A stretch of 64,000 bases of DNA from an uncultured Veillonellaceae bacterium (GCA_963805085.1 CAWDTA010000002.1:1600001-1664000); one strand, 5' to 3'; positions 21,825 through 35,169 are shown, numbered from the stretch's first letter. Notes: a model not told the origin generated them from the sequence alone. Translations and numbers: made by a program.

Positions 21825-23246
21825 ATGAAAGAACAGCAAGATTCTGATATTCTGCATGAGGGACTGCAGCGCGACTTAAAAGAGCGCCATGTCCAACTCA
21901 TCGGAATCGGCGGCGCTATTGGCGTCGGACTTTTTCTCGGCTCAGCTTCAGCCATAAAGGCAGCTGGACCATCAATCGTTTTAGCCTACGGGCTTGGCGG
22001 AATATTCATCTATTTCATTCTCCGCGCTCTCGGTGAGCTTACAGTAGAACAGCCGATTGCTGGCTCCTTTACTGCGTATGCTTATCAATTCATTGGCCCT
22101 TTGGCTGGTTACCTTACTGGCTGGTCATATTGGCTCTTTTGGGCCTTGGTTTGTATGCTGGAGACAACCGCTACTGGTATTTATGTGCAGTTCTGGTGGC
22201 CGGATATGCCTCAGTGGATCTCGGCGCTGGCCTGTACGGTATTCTTGACTTTGGCAAATCTCGCTTCTGTAAAGGTGTTCGGCGAATTTGAATTTTGGTT
22301 TGCTTTGATCAAGGTTATTGCCATCATTGCCATGATATTCTTCGGTTTCTCGATGATTTTGTTCGGCATCGGCAACGACGGCATCGCGATAGGCTTTTCC
22401 AATCTTTGGAGTTATGGCGGGATTTTCCCCCACGGGCTGTCTGGTTTTATTACATCCTTAGTTATGGTGGCCTTTGCCTTTTTGGGGATGGAACTGATCG
22501 GCGTCACAGCTGGGGAAGCCGAAAATCCTGAAAAAACAATTCCATCAGCAATCGACAAGGTATTTTACCGCGTCTTGATTTTTTATGTTGGTTCACTGCT
22601 CGTCATCCTTTCCGTCTATCCTTGGGAACAGATCGGCACGATGGGCAGTCCGTTTGTTCTGATTTTTGACCGCTTGGGAATTCCGGCAGCAGCTGGCATC
22701 ATCAACTTTGTTGTTATTACGGCGTCTCTATCGACAGGTAACAGTGGGATTTATGTGACAGGTCGTACGCTGCACAGTCTGGCTTTGCAAGGGAAAGCTC
22801 CGAAATACTTTGTTAAACTCAGTAAATCCGCTGTACCACACCGTGGCATTTTGGCTTCTGTAGCCATGATGGTGCTCAGTGTAATCCTCAACTATTTCAT
22901 TCCAGAAGCAATATTCAATTACCTTATGAGCGTCATTACCTTTATCGGTCTTTATGTATGGTTTATTATCCTTTGGTCGCAGCACAGCCGCCGTAAAAAG
23001 CTCAGTGCGGAGGAAGTTTCTAAACTCAAATTTCCTATGCCAGGCTATCCATACACCAATTGGATGACGATTCTCTTCTTAGGTTTTGTTATCTTTGCGA
23101 TGGCTATAGATGATGCTCACCGCGTATCTCTGGTTGTCGGACCTTTATGGCTGTTGATCCTGACAGGAATTTATTACAAGGCAGGATTCCATAAAAAGAA
23201 TGAGAACGAAGTAGATTCCTTAAGCCCACAAGCTGACAATGATTAA
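21825..23246 (+). CDS. APC-family amino acid permease
   Basis: LKERHVQLIGIGGAIGVGLFLGS, GEFEFWFALIKV, GVTAGEAENP; ATG after AGAGG. Confidence 0.95.
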   Translation: MKEQQDSDILHEGLQRDLKERHVQLIGIGGAIGVGLFLGSASAIKAAGPSIVLAYGLGGIFIYFILRALGELTVEQPIAGSFTAYAYQFIGPLAGYLTGWSYWLFWALVCMLETTATGIYVQFWWPDMPQWISALACTVFLTLANLASVKVFGEFEFWFALIKVIAIIAMIFFGFSMILFGIGNDGIAIGFSNLWSYGGIFPHGLSGFITSLVMVAFAFLGMELIGVTAGEAENPEKTIPSAIDKVFYRVLIFYVGSLLVILSVYPWEQIGTMGSPFVLIFDRLGIPAAAGIINFVVITASLSTGNSGIYVTGRTLHSLALQGKAPKYFVKLSKSAVPHRGILASVAMMVLSVILNYFIPEAIFNYLMSVITFIGLYVWFIILWSQHSRRKKLSAEEVSKLKFPMPGYPYTNWMTILFLGFVIFAMAIDDAHRVSLVVGPLWLLILTGIYYKAGFHKKNENEVDSLSPQADND

Positions 23247-23269
23247 AAGACTCAGCCTTCGGGCTGAGC

Positions 23270-23515
23270 CAGGTTGTAGACAAACTATGGACAGATAGGG
23301 CGCGGGGGGCGGCGATAAGCACTCATCTGCAGCGTTGCAGTAAGGTGCTGTTCGTCGACGTACACAAGTACGACTCCTTCACAGCCCCTTACTGCGCCTT
23401 GCATTGAAGCACTTCTCACTAACCGGCAACCTATCTTCGTACTAGTTTACAAGTGGAACGGATTTTTTTATTTTCTGTTCATCGACATAAATATTTTTAT
23501 TTTGTCTACAGTCTG
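23270..23515. mobile_element. MITE (IS1182-like ends) with 20-bp target duplication
   Basis: TIRs CAGGTTGTAGACAAA / TTTGTCTACAGTCTG; ACTCAGCCTTCGGGCTGAGC duplicated at 23250-23269 and 23516-23535. Confidence 0.8.
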
Positions 23516-23564
23516 ACTCAGCCTTCGGGCTGAGCTTTTTTTATTTATGATAATTAAAGATTGA

Positions 23565-23614
23565 TTGACAAGGACTTTACGATAAGTTAAAATCAATTTG
23601 ATACTTATCGAATT
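23565..23614 (+). promoter_or_regulatory. Sigma-A promoter with probable ArsR operator
   Basis: TTGACA-17bp-TAAAAT followed by the palindrome AATTTGATA-CT-TATCGAATT. Confidence 0.65.
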
Positions 23615-23642
23615 GTAATAAAACTAGCTAGGGGTTGAAAAA

Positions 23643-23930
23643 ATGGATACAAAAAAAATGGCGAAAATATTTAAGGCACTTTCAAATGAAAATCGTTTGG
23701 AGTTATATTTAAAAATTGCTGAGGCTCATGAAGCTAGTTTTAAAACTGGTGGAGAGTGCTGTGTTGCAGATATCATTGCCTGTTTAAATATTGGTGCACC
23801 AACAATTTCACATCATATCAAGGAATTGGTGAACGCAGATCTTATTACCACTGAAAAAAAAGGAAAATTCTTAGTCTGCAGGGTAAATGAAGAACTGGTT
23901 AGTGAAGTAAGCAAGATGCTAGCTCTATAG
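23643..23930 (+). CDS. ArsR/SmtB-family repressor
   Basis: FKALSNENRL, TISHHIKEL. Confidence 0.9.
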   Translation: MDTKKMAKIFKALSNENRLELYLKIAEAHEASFKTGGECCVADIIACLNIGAPTISHHIKELVNADLITTEKKGKFLVCRVNEELVSEVSKMLAL

Positions 23931-24119
23931 CAGTCCATCCCCTTGAATAATTTATTTCTAATCTCTATTGAATGTTGGGTTAGGAAGGCTTAAGTTGATA
24001 AAAATTTTTACTCTAAAATTCGACAGTTATAAAACTATAAAGCTATAAAACTAGAGCGCGTTCACAGTTTTACTTGGAATGAAAGTATATTAAGTAAACT
24101 ATGAAGAGTTAGAGGAGCG

Positions 24120-24908
24120 ATGAAAATGAAAGTCTTTTATTTTACAGCTACGGGAAACAGTTTATACGTTGCAAAAAAAATTGGTGGCGAGCTATACTCA
24201 ATTCCTAAGATGTTAAAAGAAGGAAAAAGTGAATTTGAAGACGAAGAAATTGGTATCGTATTTCCTTGTTATGGGTTGGGAGTTCCGAGGATTGTAATAG
24301 ATTTTATACAAAAATCAAAATTTAAGAACAAATACTTCTTTGCGATTATGACTTATGGCAATATGTCCGCGGCTGGACTACATTATATGGAGCAAATCGG
24401 GAGTGAAGCAGGAATTCAGTTTAACTATACCAATGAAATATTAATGATTGATAATTATTTGCCTATATTTAAGATAGAAGATCAGATAAAAAAAGAGAGT
24501 TCAAAAAAAATTGAAGAAAAATTAGATCAAATAGTAAGTGATATTAAAAGTAGACGAGAAAAGGTTATAAGAAAAGGAATTTTCACCGATGTAGTGTCTA
24601 AAACTACTCACAAGCTCATCGCTAAATTTCATTATGATAACGGAGATAAGTGGTTTTGTGTTCAGGACAAATGTAACAGTTGCAAAGTATGTGAGAAGGT
24701 TTGTCCCGCCAATAATATTAAAGCTGAAAGCAAGCCTGAGTTCTTGCATAAATGTGAAGGATGCTATGCATGTATACATCATTGTCCGCAAAATGCAATA
24801 CATTTAAAATTTGAGAGAAGTAACGCTAGATTCGTGAATCGAAATGTAAAACTAAAGGAAATAATCGATGCAAATAATCAGGAAAATTCCTATATTGCAA
24901 TGTCATGA
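24120..24908 (+). CDS. EFR1-family flavodoxin-ferredoxin fusion
   Basis: YFTATGNS, IVFPCY, two CxxCxxCxxxCP motifs. Confidence 0.9.
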   Translation: MKMKVFYFTATGNSLYVAKKIGGELYSIPKMLKEGKSEFEDEEIGIVFPCYGLGVPRIVIDFIQKSKFKNKYFFAIMTYGNMSAAGLHYMEQIGSEAGIQFNYTNEILMIDNYLPIFKIEDQIKKESSKKIEEKLDQIVSDIKSRREKVIRKGIFTDVVSKTTHKLIAKFHYDNGDKWFCVQDKCNSCKVCEKVCPANNIKAESKPEFLHKCEGCYACIHHCPQNAIHLKFERSNARFVNRNVKLKEIIDANNQENSYIAMS

Positions 24909-24947
24909 AAGAAAAATAGACGAAATTTGTAATGCACCTTTGTGTGT

Positions 24948-25011
24948 TCATGGACCACATTTTAAAGGAATTGGCGAAAAGTACGGCCCTTTTGATTTGA
25001 CATTAATGGGA
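24948..25011 (+). pseudogene. Short remnant of an MBL-fold hydrolase gene
   Basis: Reads HGPHFKGIGEKYGPFDLTLM, resembling a conserved MBL-fold segment; no start. Confidence 0.4.
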
Positions 25012-25103
25012 TATGTTATAGAAAAAAATTCACAAATGGAGTGAGTAAGTTTATACTAAATTATATATAGTTTTTATTTTAAAAATAAAAATGAGGTGTA
25101 AGA

Positions 25104-25727
25104 ATGAAAGTATTACTTATTAATGGGAGTCCAAGAGAACAAGGTTGTACTTATACGGCTTTATGCGAAGTAGCCAAAGAATTAGAAAATGCAAATGTTA
25201 AAACTGAAATTTTCCATGTTGGTAAACAACCGATTCGTGGTTGTATGGCTTGTGGTGTTTGTTCGAAGACTAATTCTGGCAAGTGCGTTTTTAATGATAC
25301 TGTAAATATTGCTTTAGAAAGAGCAAAAGAAGTGGATGGTTTTGTCTTTGGTTCTCCCGTCCATTATGCAGCTGCATCTGGGCAAATCACATCATTTTTA
25401 GATAGATTTTTCTATGCGGGAACTGGCTTTCAATATAAGCCAGGTGCTGCCATTGTGAGCTGTCGTCGTGGCGGATCAACAGCGGCGTTTGAGCAACTCA
25501 ATAAATATTTTACGATTGCCAATATGCCGATTGTATCTTCGCAATATTGGAATATGGTGCATGGCAATACGCCCGAAGAAGTAAAGCAAGATTTAGAAGG
25601 TATGCAAACCATGCGGGTATTAGGGAAAAACATGGCTTGGCTTTTGAAATCCATTCAAGCAGGCAAAGAAGCAGGCATTGAATTACCAAAAAAAGAACCA
25701 AGAGAGATTACAAATTTTATACGTTAA
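25104..25727 (+). CDS. Flavodoxin-family / iron-sulfur flavoprotein
   Basis: INGSPR, CMACGVC...C, GSPVHY, RRGG. Confidence 0.9.
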   Translation: MKVLLINGSPREQGCTYTALCEVAKELENANVKTEIFHVGKQPIRGCMACGVCSKTNSGKCVFNDTVNIALERAKEVDGFVFGSPVHYAAASGQITSFLDRFFYAGTGFQYKPGAAIVSCRRGGSTAAFEQLNKYFTIANMPIVSSQYWNMVHGNTPEEVKQDLEGMQTMRVLGKNMAWLLKSIQAGKEAGIELPKKEPREITNFIR

Positions 25728-25901
25728 GAGTTTTGTAAGCAATGGTGAAGAATTAAAATAAAGTGATGATAAAAGAGGCTGAGATGATGTGGATTTTCTC
25801 AGCTTCTTTTACTAGATAAATAAAAAAATCCAGGTAAATATTAATTGACTGAATATATAGAATTATGCTATGATAAACGCAATCAATGAGAGCGGAACGT
25901 T

Positions 25902-25929
25902 GGATGGTGACATTAAGTTGGCCAAACCT
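25902..25929 (+). promoter_or_regulatory. RAT (ribonucleic antiterminator) element 1
   Basis: GGATGGTGACATTAAGTTGGCCAAACCT, versus the BglG/LicT consensus GGATTGTTAC...GGCAAAACCT. Confidence 0.8.
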
Positions 25930-25964
25930 TCAAATTTATTGAATAAATTTTGGAGGGGATTAAG

Positions 25965-26018
25965 ATGTATAAAATAATAGCAAGGATAGATAGCCGAAAA
26001 ATGACAAGGATGAGTTAG
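25965..26018 (+). CDS. Putative 17-aa leader peptide MYKIIARIDSRKMTRMS
   Basis: GGAGG RBS at 25952-25956; stop codon lies in the loop of the hairpin at 25993-26034. Confidence 0.5.
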   Translation: MYKIIARIDSRKMTRMS

Positions 26019-26040
26019 TTGTCTGTTTTTCGGTATTTTT
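25993..26040 (+). terminator. Putative attenuator terminator upstream of the antiterminator gene
   Basis: GCCGAAAAA..GACAA/TTGTC..TTTTTCGGT followed by ATTTTT. Confidence 0.55.
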
Positions 26041-26082
26041 GTGTCTGAAATGAAAGTGTGCGTGCAAGAGGGGGCGGCAGTC

Positions 26083-26919
26083 ATGATAATAAAAAAGATA
26101 CTCAACAATAATGTCATTATTACTGAGAATGAAAAGACGCAGGAAATTGTTGCGATGGGGCGAGGTATTGCGTTTAAAAAGCGTTGTGGCGACGATGTGC
26201 CAAGAACAGAAATCGACAAAGTATATACGCTTTCTAATCAAGAAGTTTTTCATCGGTTTGAACAACTTGTGCAGAATCTTTCGATGGAATACATGGAGAT
26301 ATCTAGCGAAATTATTGAGATGGCAGAGCAAAAATTACAAAAAAAACTCAACGATTGTGTTTATATATCACTTACCGACCATTTGCATATGGCAATTACA
26401 CGGTTCAGAGAAGGCGCTGTCGTCAAAAATATGATGGATTGGGAAATCAAACGGTATTATCGTGATGAATATGCGATCGGTGAAATGGCATTGGGGATGC
26501 TGAATCAGAAATTTGGTTTAGAATTACCAGTTGATGAGGTTGGATTTATAGCACTGCATATCGTTGATGCACAGATTGATGGAGACAAGCCAATTGCAGA
26601 TCACATCGCGAAGCTAATACAAGAGATTACGAATATTGTTCGTCATACCTACGCAATGGAGTTTGATATAGAATCTTTACAATATTATCGTTTTATTACG
26701 CATTTGAAATTCTTTGCGAAACGTATGTTTACAGAACGAGAAGCAATTGCTGAAATCGATGAAGAAATGGAAAAGCTCATCCAGAAAAAATATGCAGCAG
26801 CGTATCGGTGTGTACAGAAAATTGATACGTTTATTCAGATGAAGTACAAATATCAGGTTAGTGCAGATGAAAAATTTTATCTGATGATTCATATCGCTAA
26901 GGTAACAAGAAGAAAATAA
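26083..26919 (+). CDS. licT: BglG/LicT-family PRD antiterminator
   Basis: KILNNNV...MGRGIAF CAT domain; LTDHL, IALH, FITHL, MIH PRD histidines. Confidence 0.9.
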   Translation: MIIKKILNNNVIITENEKTQEIVAMGRGIAFKKRCGDDVPRTEIDKVYTLSNQEVFHRFEQLVQNLSMEYMEISSEIIEMAEQKLQKKLNDCVYISLTDHLHMAITRFREGAVVKNMMDWEIKRYYRDEYAIGEMALGMLNQKFGLELPVDEVGFIALHIVDAQIDGDKPIADHIAKLIQEITNIVRHTYAMEFDIESLQYYRFITHLKFFAKRMFTEREAIAEIDEEMEKLIQKKYAAAYRCVQKIDTFIQMKYKYQVSADEKFYLMIHIAKVTRRK

Positions 26920-26993
26920 GTTCACTAAGTCCTAAATACATATTTAGTGCTATAGAATTCTAGGCGTAAAGGAGGATAGAAAATCGTTTTTTT

Positions 26994-27021
26994 GGATGGT
27001 GACATTAAGTTGGCCAAACCT
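26994..27021 (+). promoter_or_regulatory. RAT element 2 (identical to RAT 1)
   Basis: 35-bp identity between 25900-25934 and 26992-27026. Confidence 0.8.
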
Positions 27022-27053
27022 TCAAAGTTATCTTTAAAATTTTGGAGGAATAA

Positions 27054-28967
<1,914 letters not shown>

Positions 28968-29049
28968 TAATGAATATTTCACCTGTAAGACACTTTATGT
29001 TTTAGAAATATATTAAATAATTGAAGAATACAATGTTGGAGGAAAAACA

Positions 29050-30420
29050 ATGAAAAAAGCGTTAGCAGTATTAGGACTTTCTACCGTAATTTTTTGTGGC
29101 GGCGTACAAGCTGAGGCAGCACCGGTATTTTTTCAAGATGTGCCACTGAGCGACTGGTCTTATGAAGCCGTCAATGGGCTAATTGCCACAGGACATGTGA
29201 ATGACTACACCGAACCGATACCACAAGGCCGTATCATGAGCCGCATGGAAATGGCCTTGGTTGTCGATGATGCTATGCAAAACCTCAAAGCATTTACGCC
29301 TGCTGAGCAGGATACGATTCAGAAATTGAATAAAGAATATTACTATGACATCAAAAAGATACAGATACTGTCGAAGCTCGACAATGCGGATCTGGAAAAG
29401 GCTACGAATGAGATAAACGGCACGACCTTTACGGAAGAAGAAAAAGCTGGCCTGAAGAAAGCGGCAGCTTTTGCGGATAAGTTTTCTATCAATGGCTATG
29501 CCCGCCTGCGCAATGATCACTATCTGAAGGATACGGGCAAGACAACTCGCGCAAATATGGTTCATGTGCAAGTCAATACGACGTACAAAGTAGATGATAA
29601 TTGGCAGGTCCATACCGATCTTGGCTATCGTAATTCCTTTAGCGGCTTTGATGAACTGAAATCCCTTTCACCGGGTGAGAATGCGACGGGTACCACCATG
29701 GATACCTATGTGACTGGCCGCATGGCGGACAATGCCCTCGGTCTTAAAGTCGGCAAGTGGAATGAATGGAACATTTACGGCTGGGGCATGGATATCGACT
29801 GTGATTTTGCTGGCGTGCAGCTCGATTATGGTAAAAAAGATTTCAAGACCTATTTCACCGCGGGAAAGATGGATCTTTGGGATAATGCCATGGGTGGCGA
29901 CCGTGAGTATGAACAGGTTACCAGCCTGCGCTTCTTCTATCCATTTGACAAGAAAAATGACATTAATTTCGGTGTTTCCTGGAGTTCTGCTATGGCCAGC
30001 CGCTACCAAGATCCTGATCAAGGGCGCGTATTCTATTACTATACCCATGCGCATCATAACTTTGATAACAACTGGGATCTTCGTGCGGGCCTTATCAACA
30101 GCGATGCAAAACGAGATGATACGGCAACTGCAAGCACAAAGACAAAGCAGCCGGGCCGCTGGCTGCAGCTCCGGTACAAGGGGGCCGATCTTCAGGCTCC
30201 TGGCTCTTATGGCGTTACCGCTACTTACCGCTATGAACCGGCCCTCACCTGGCCAACGGTCACGGACTGGTGCGGGCGCAATGAACGTTTCGTCCGCCTT
30301 GGCGTAAGCTATGTACCGGAGAAGAACATCCTCTTGGATACCTTCTATACCTGGGCAAGAGAAATTGACACTGGTGAGAAGGATGACCTGTACCGTTTCC
30401 AAGCACAGTTCTTCTTCTGA
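29050..30420 (+). CDS. SLH-domain outer-membrane beta-barrel porin (OmpM-like)
   Basis: Signal peptide, FQDVP..DWSYEAV...SRMEMA SLH, amphipathic strands, C-terminal Phe. Confidence 0.75.
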   Translation: MKKALAVLGLSTVIFCGGVQAEAAPVFFQDVPLSDWSYEAVNGLIATGHVNDYTEPIPQGRIMSRMEMALVVDDAMQNLKAFTPAEQDTIQKLNKEYYYDIKKIQILSKLDNADLEKATNEINGTTFTEEEKAGLKKAAAFADKFSINGYARLRNDHYLKDTGKTTRANMVHVQVNTTYKVDDNWQVHTDLGYRNSFSGFDELKSLSPGENATGTTMDTYVTGRMADNALGLKVGKWNEWNIYGWGMDIDCDFAGVQLDYGKKDFKTYFTAGKMDLWDNAMGGDREYEQVTSLRFFYPFDKKNDINFGVSWSSAMASRYQDPDQGRVFYYYTHAHHNFDNNWDLRAGLINSDAKRDDTATASTKTKQPGRWLQLRYKGADLQAPGSYGVTATYRYEPALTWPTVTDWCGRNERFVRLGVSYVPEKNILLDTFYTWAREIDTGEKDDLYRFQAQFFF

Positions 30421-30452
30421 TGAAGCAGTGAAATAAAAAATATAATAGGGAG

Positions 30453-31988
30453 ATGCTTTGTATGAAGCTGAAAAAACTTATTAAAGTTGTATTTGGCATG
30501 ATGACTTTAGGAACAATGACGTTTAGCTCATTTTTCAGCCTTGCATGTGCAGCACCGAATGATGTAAAGCCAAGAACAATCGTCATGACGGATGGCGAAG
30601 TCGATGATATGGATTCGTTTTTAAGATTTCTGCTCTATACGAATGATCTTGATGTAAGAGGCATCATTTATACTAGTTCCATGTGGCATTACAAGGGGGA
30701 CGGCAGTGGAACTCAATTTAATACCCATATGGATATTGTCAAATTATATCATCCGGGTTGGCACACAGATCTTCGTTGGTGTGGAACAGATTGGATTAAG
30801 GAATATATTGATAAATATCGCACGGTTTACCCGACTCTTTTACAGCACGATAAAAATTATCCGTCTCCGGATAAGCTGCAAAGCCTGGTGCGTGTGGGAA
30901 ATATTGATTTTGAGGGCGAGATGAATTACGACACCGAAGGCTCGAAATTCATAAAAGAGGCGCTTCTTTCTGAGGATGAAACGCCGATTTATTTTGAAAC
31001 CTGGGGTGGTGCCAATACTTTTGCCAGAGCCTTGAAATCTATCGAAGATGAATATAAGGGGACGGCAAAATGGGACAGGATGTATCAGAAGGTTAGTAAA
31101 AAAGCCATCCTGTATAATATCATGGACCAGGATGACACATATAAAACCTATATTGCTGTTAAATGGCCAGATATCAAGGTTTATTACAACAGCTGGCAGT
31201 TCGGAAGTCTGGCCTATATATGGCCTAAAACGCTACCAGAGGCACAGCAGAAATACTTCCGTGGCGAATGGATGAAGAAAAATATTTTGAAAGGCCCGCT
31301 TATTGGCGGCTATATGACCTATGGCGATGGGCATAAGCTTGAAGGCGACCCGGAGGACAAGTTCGGCTCGATGGAAGAAGCCACTAAAAACGGTTACGGA
31401 AAATATGACTTGATATCCGAAGGGGATTCTCCGTCTTTCCTGTATCTTATCAATAATGGTCTGCGTTCTACTGAAAGTCCGACCTATGGCGGCTGGAGCG
31501 GCAGACTTTCACTGTCGGCTTCCACTAAGAACCTTTGGGAGGATAACGAAGGTTCCTTTGACTACAATCCGTATACGAAAAAGTTGGATAAATACTATTC
31601 GCAGACACGATGGATTGATGCTATTCAGAATGATTTTGCTGCACGTGTGAAGTGGACGATGAATGATTACCAGCATGCTAACCATGCACCGCAGGAGATT
31701 AAGATTCAGGAAGGTTTGGACATCAAGGTGAAGCCTGGTGAGAAAGTCACGCTGCATGCCTCGGCCAGCGATCCGGATGGAGACAAGCTAAACTATAAGT
31801 GGTATCCATATGAGGAAGCTGGCTCGTATCGTGCTCCTGTTGCAATCAAAGGCAAGGGACAGGACGCAAGCCTTATGGTACCTGCTAATGCCATAAAGGG
31901 TGAGACCATTCATCTTATTTTAGAAGTAACAGATAGCGGGCAGCCGCCAATTACTCGTTATGCTAGGGTAATCATGACTGTAGAGTAG
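30453..31988 (+). CDS. Secreted DUF1593 (nucleoside-hydrolase-like) protein
   Basis: PRTIVMTDGEVDDMDS..RFLLY, WGGANT, EGDSPSF, GGWSGR, QNDFAAR, C-terminal Ig-like DPDGD. Confidence 0.8.
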   Translation: MLCMKLKKLIKVVFGMMTLGTMTFSSFFSLACAAPNDVKPRTIVMTDGEVDDMDSFLRFLLYTNDLDVRGIIYTSSMWHYKGDGSGTQFNTHMDIVKLYHPGWHTDLRWCGTDWIKEYIDKYRTVYPTLLQHDKNYPSPDKLQSLVRVGNIDFEGEMNYDTEGSKFIKEALLSEDETPIYFETWGGANTFARALKSIEDEYKGTAKWDRMYQKVSKKAILYNIMDQDDTYKTYIAVKWPDIKVYYNSWQFGSLAYIWPKTLPEAQQKYFRGEWMKKNILKGPLIGGYMTYGDGHKLEGDPEDKFGSMEEATKNGYGKYDLISEGDSPSFLYLINNGLRSTESPTYGGWSGRLSLSASTKNLWEDNEGSFDYNPYTKKLDKYYSQTRWIDAIQNDFAARVKWTMNDYQHANHAPQEIKIQEGLDIKVKPGEKVTLHASASDPDGDKLNYKWYPYEEAGSYRAPVAIKGKGQDASLMVPANAIKGETIHLILEVTDSGQPPITRYARVIMTVE

Positions 31989-32017
31989 GAGATATATGAG
32001 TTCTTTGTTAATAGTAG

Positions 32018-32221
<204 letters not shown>

Positions 32222-32289
32222 AATAAAGAAACGCTGGGGCAGGACACGGAAGCTGTCCTCTTTGGCGTTTTTCAAAGGAGATATGCAAA

Positions 32290-33645
32290 ATGAATTGTAG
32301 AAAATTTCTTTGTACGGGTATAGCCAGTGTGTTCATGGCTGGAATGCTGTTCGGTTCAGGTGTATCCGTTGAAGCGGCTGCCAAAGCAGCACCCTCGTAT
32401 CGTACGGTTACAGAGGTCTATGACTGGGGTGCAGCAGTTTCCAAGGTTATCGTTGACCTAGGAGAGGATGTCTCTGCAAACGCAGTGGATAATGGGACGT
32501 TCAAAGTCTATGCAAAACGTGTTTTAGCTGAAGGTGCAATGACACCGAAGCAGGCTATGCAGGCGAAAAACAAGATTTCTTTAGGCTCAGAAGCGCAGAA
32601 AGACAGTGATCTTGAAGGGTATCGTGAGATCACGAAAGCTTATGTATCCGATGCTGACGGTAAAGCTGTTGACAAGGAACGCTATGTGACCATTGAGATG
32701 AAGGTTGGTCCGGATATTGCCATCGGCTCGGCACTTAATTTTGACGTAAATAGTTTTTTTAATAACTGGGTAAAACCGGAATATACGATTACACAGACGA
32801 AAGCCGCCGATTCGGTCAAAGGGCTGGTAATTGATAATAATAAGGAAAATGTGCGTCCGATTGTCGATAAATTCAGTTATGCACATAAGATTTTTGGTCG
32901 CTTGTCCTATGGCTATGCAAGCTACGAGCCGAAAGATAACGAAAAACATCCGCTGATTCTCTGGCTTCATGGTATGGGAGAGGGTGGAACCGATAGTCCG
33001 TCAATTCCAATTTCGGCCAATAAGGCGGATATGTTTGCGGATGATTCCCTGCAGTCGCATTTTGGTGGTGCTTATGTACTTGTACCGCAGGCACGTACCT
33101 ACTGGATGCATGGTTATAAAAATTTTGGGGATGGGACGTCTATCTATGAAGAAAGTCTTATGCAGCTCATTGAGGCTTATGCCGCTGAACATCCGAATGT
33201 CGATAAGAGTCGTATTTATATCGGCGGGGATTCCAATGGCGGTTATATGACAATGCTGATGATTCGCGATTATCCTGAGTATTTTGCAGCAGCTTTTCCA
33301 ACCTGTGAGGGGCTGGCGGATAAACTGATCAGCGATGCGGATATTGGAGCGTTCAAGAAGACTCCAATCTGGTTTACTGCAGCGAAGACGGATACGACGC
33401 TTCCACCAAAAGACTATGTTGTGCCGACCTTTCAGCGTTTGCAGGCAGCTGGTGCGACGAATGTTCATTTCAGCTTTTTTGACAATGTTGTTGACCAGAC
33501 GGGCTTGTATAAAAAGGCGGATGGCTCAGCATTTGAATATCCTGGTCATTGGTCTTGGATTTATGTGTACAATGATCAATGTGAGGATACCATCGGTGGA
33601 AAGACTGTAAAGCTTATGGATTGGCTCGCAGCACAGAAAAGATAA
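32290..33645 (+). CDS. Secreted alpha/beta-hydrolase esterase with Ig-like N-terminus
   Basis: LWLHGMGE, GDSNGG nucleophile elbow, GHWSW; signal peptide. Confidence 0.8.
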   Translation: MNCRKFLCTGIASVFMAGMLFGSGVSVEAAAKAAPSYRTVTEVYDWGAAVSKVIVDLGEDVSANAVDNGTFKVYAKRVLAEGAMTPKQAMQAKNKISLGSEAQKDSDLEGYREITKAYVSDADGKAVDKERYVTIEMKVGPDIAIGSALNFDVNSFFNNWVKPEYTITQTKAADSVKGLVIDNNKENVRPIVDKFSYAHKIFGRLSYGYASYEPKDNEKHPLILWLHGMGEGGTDSPSIPISANKADMFADDSLQSHFGGAYVLVPQARTYWMHGYKNFGDGTSIYEESLMQLIEAYAAEHPNVDKSRIYIGGDSNGGYMTMLMIRDYPEYFAAAFPTCEGLADKLISDADIGAFKKTPIWFTAAKTDTTLPPKDYVVPTFQRLQAAGATNVHFSFFDNVVDQTGLYKKADGSAFEYPGHWSWIYVYNDQCEDTIGGKTVKLMDWLAAQKR

Positions 33646-33657
33646 TAATTTTTATAA

Positions 33658-35085
<1,428 letters not shown>

Positions 35086-35169
35086 ATAAAATGCAGGAGT
35101 ATGGCGTTGACGCTGTACTCCTGATGGTATAAAAAAGACAGATGATTCTGAAAAAAAGGAGCAGGTTTC

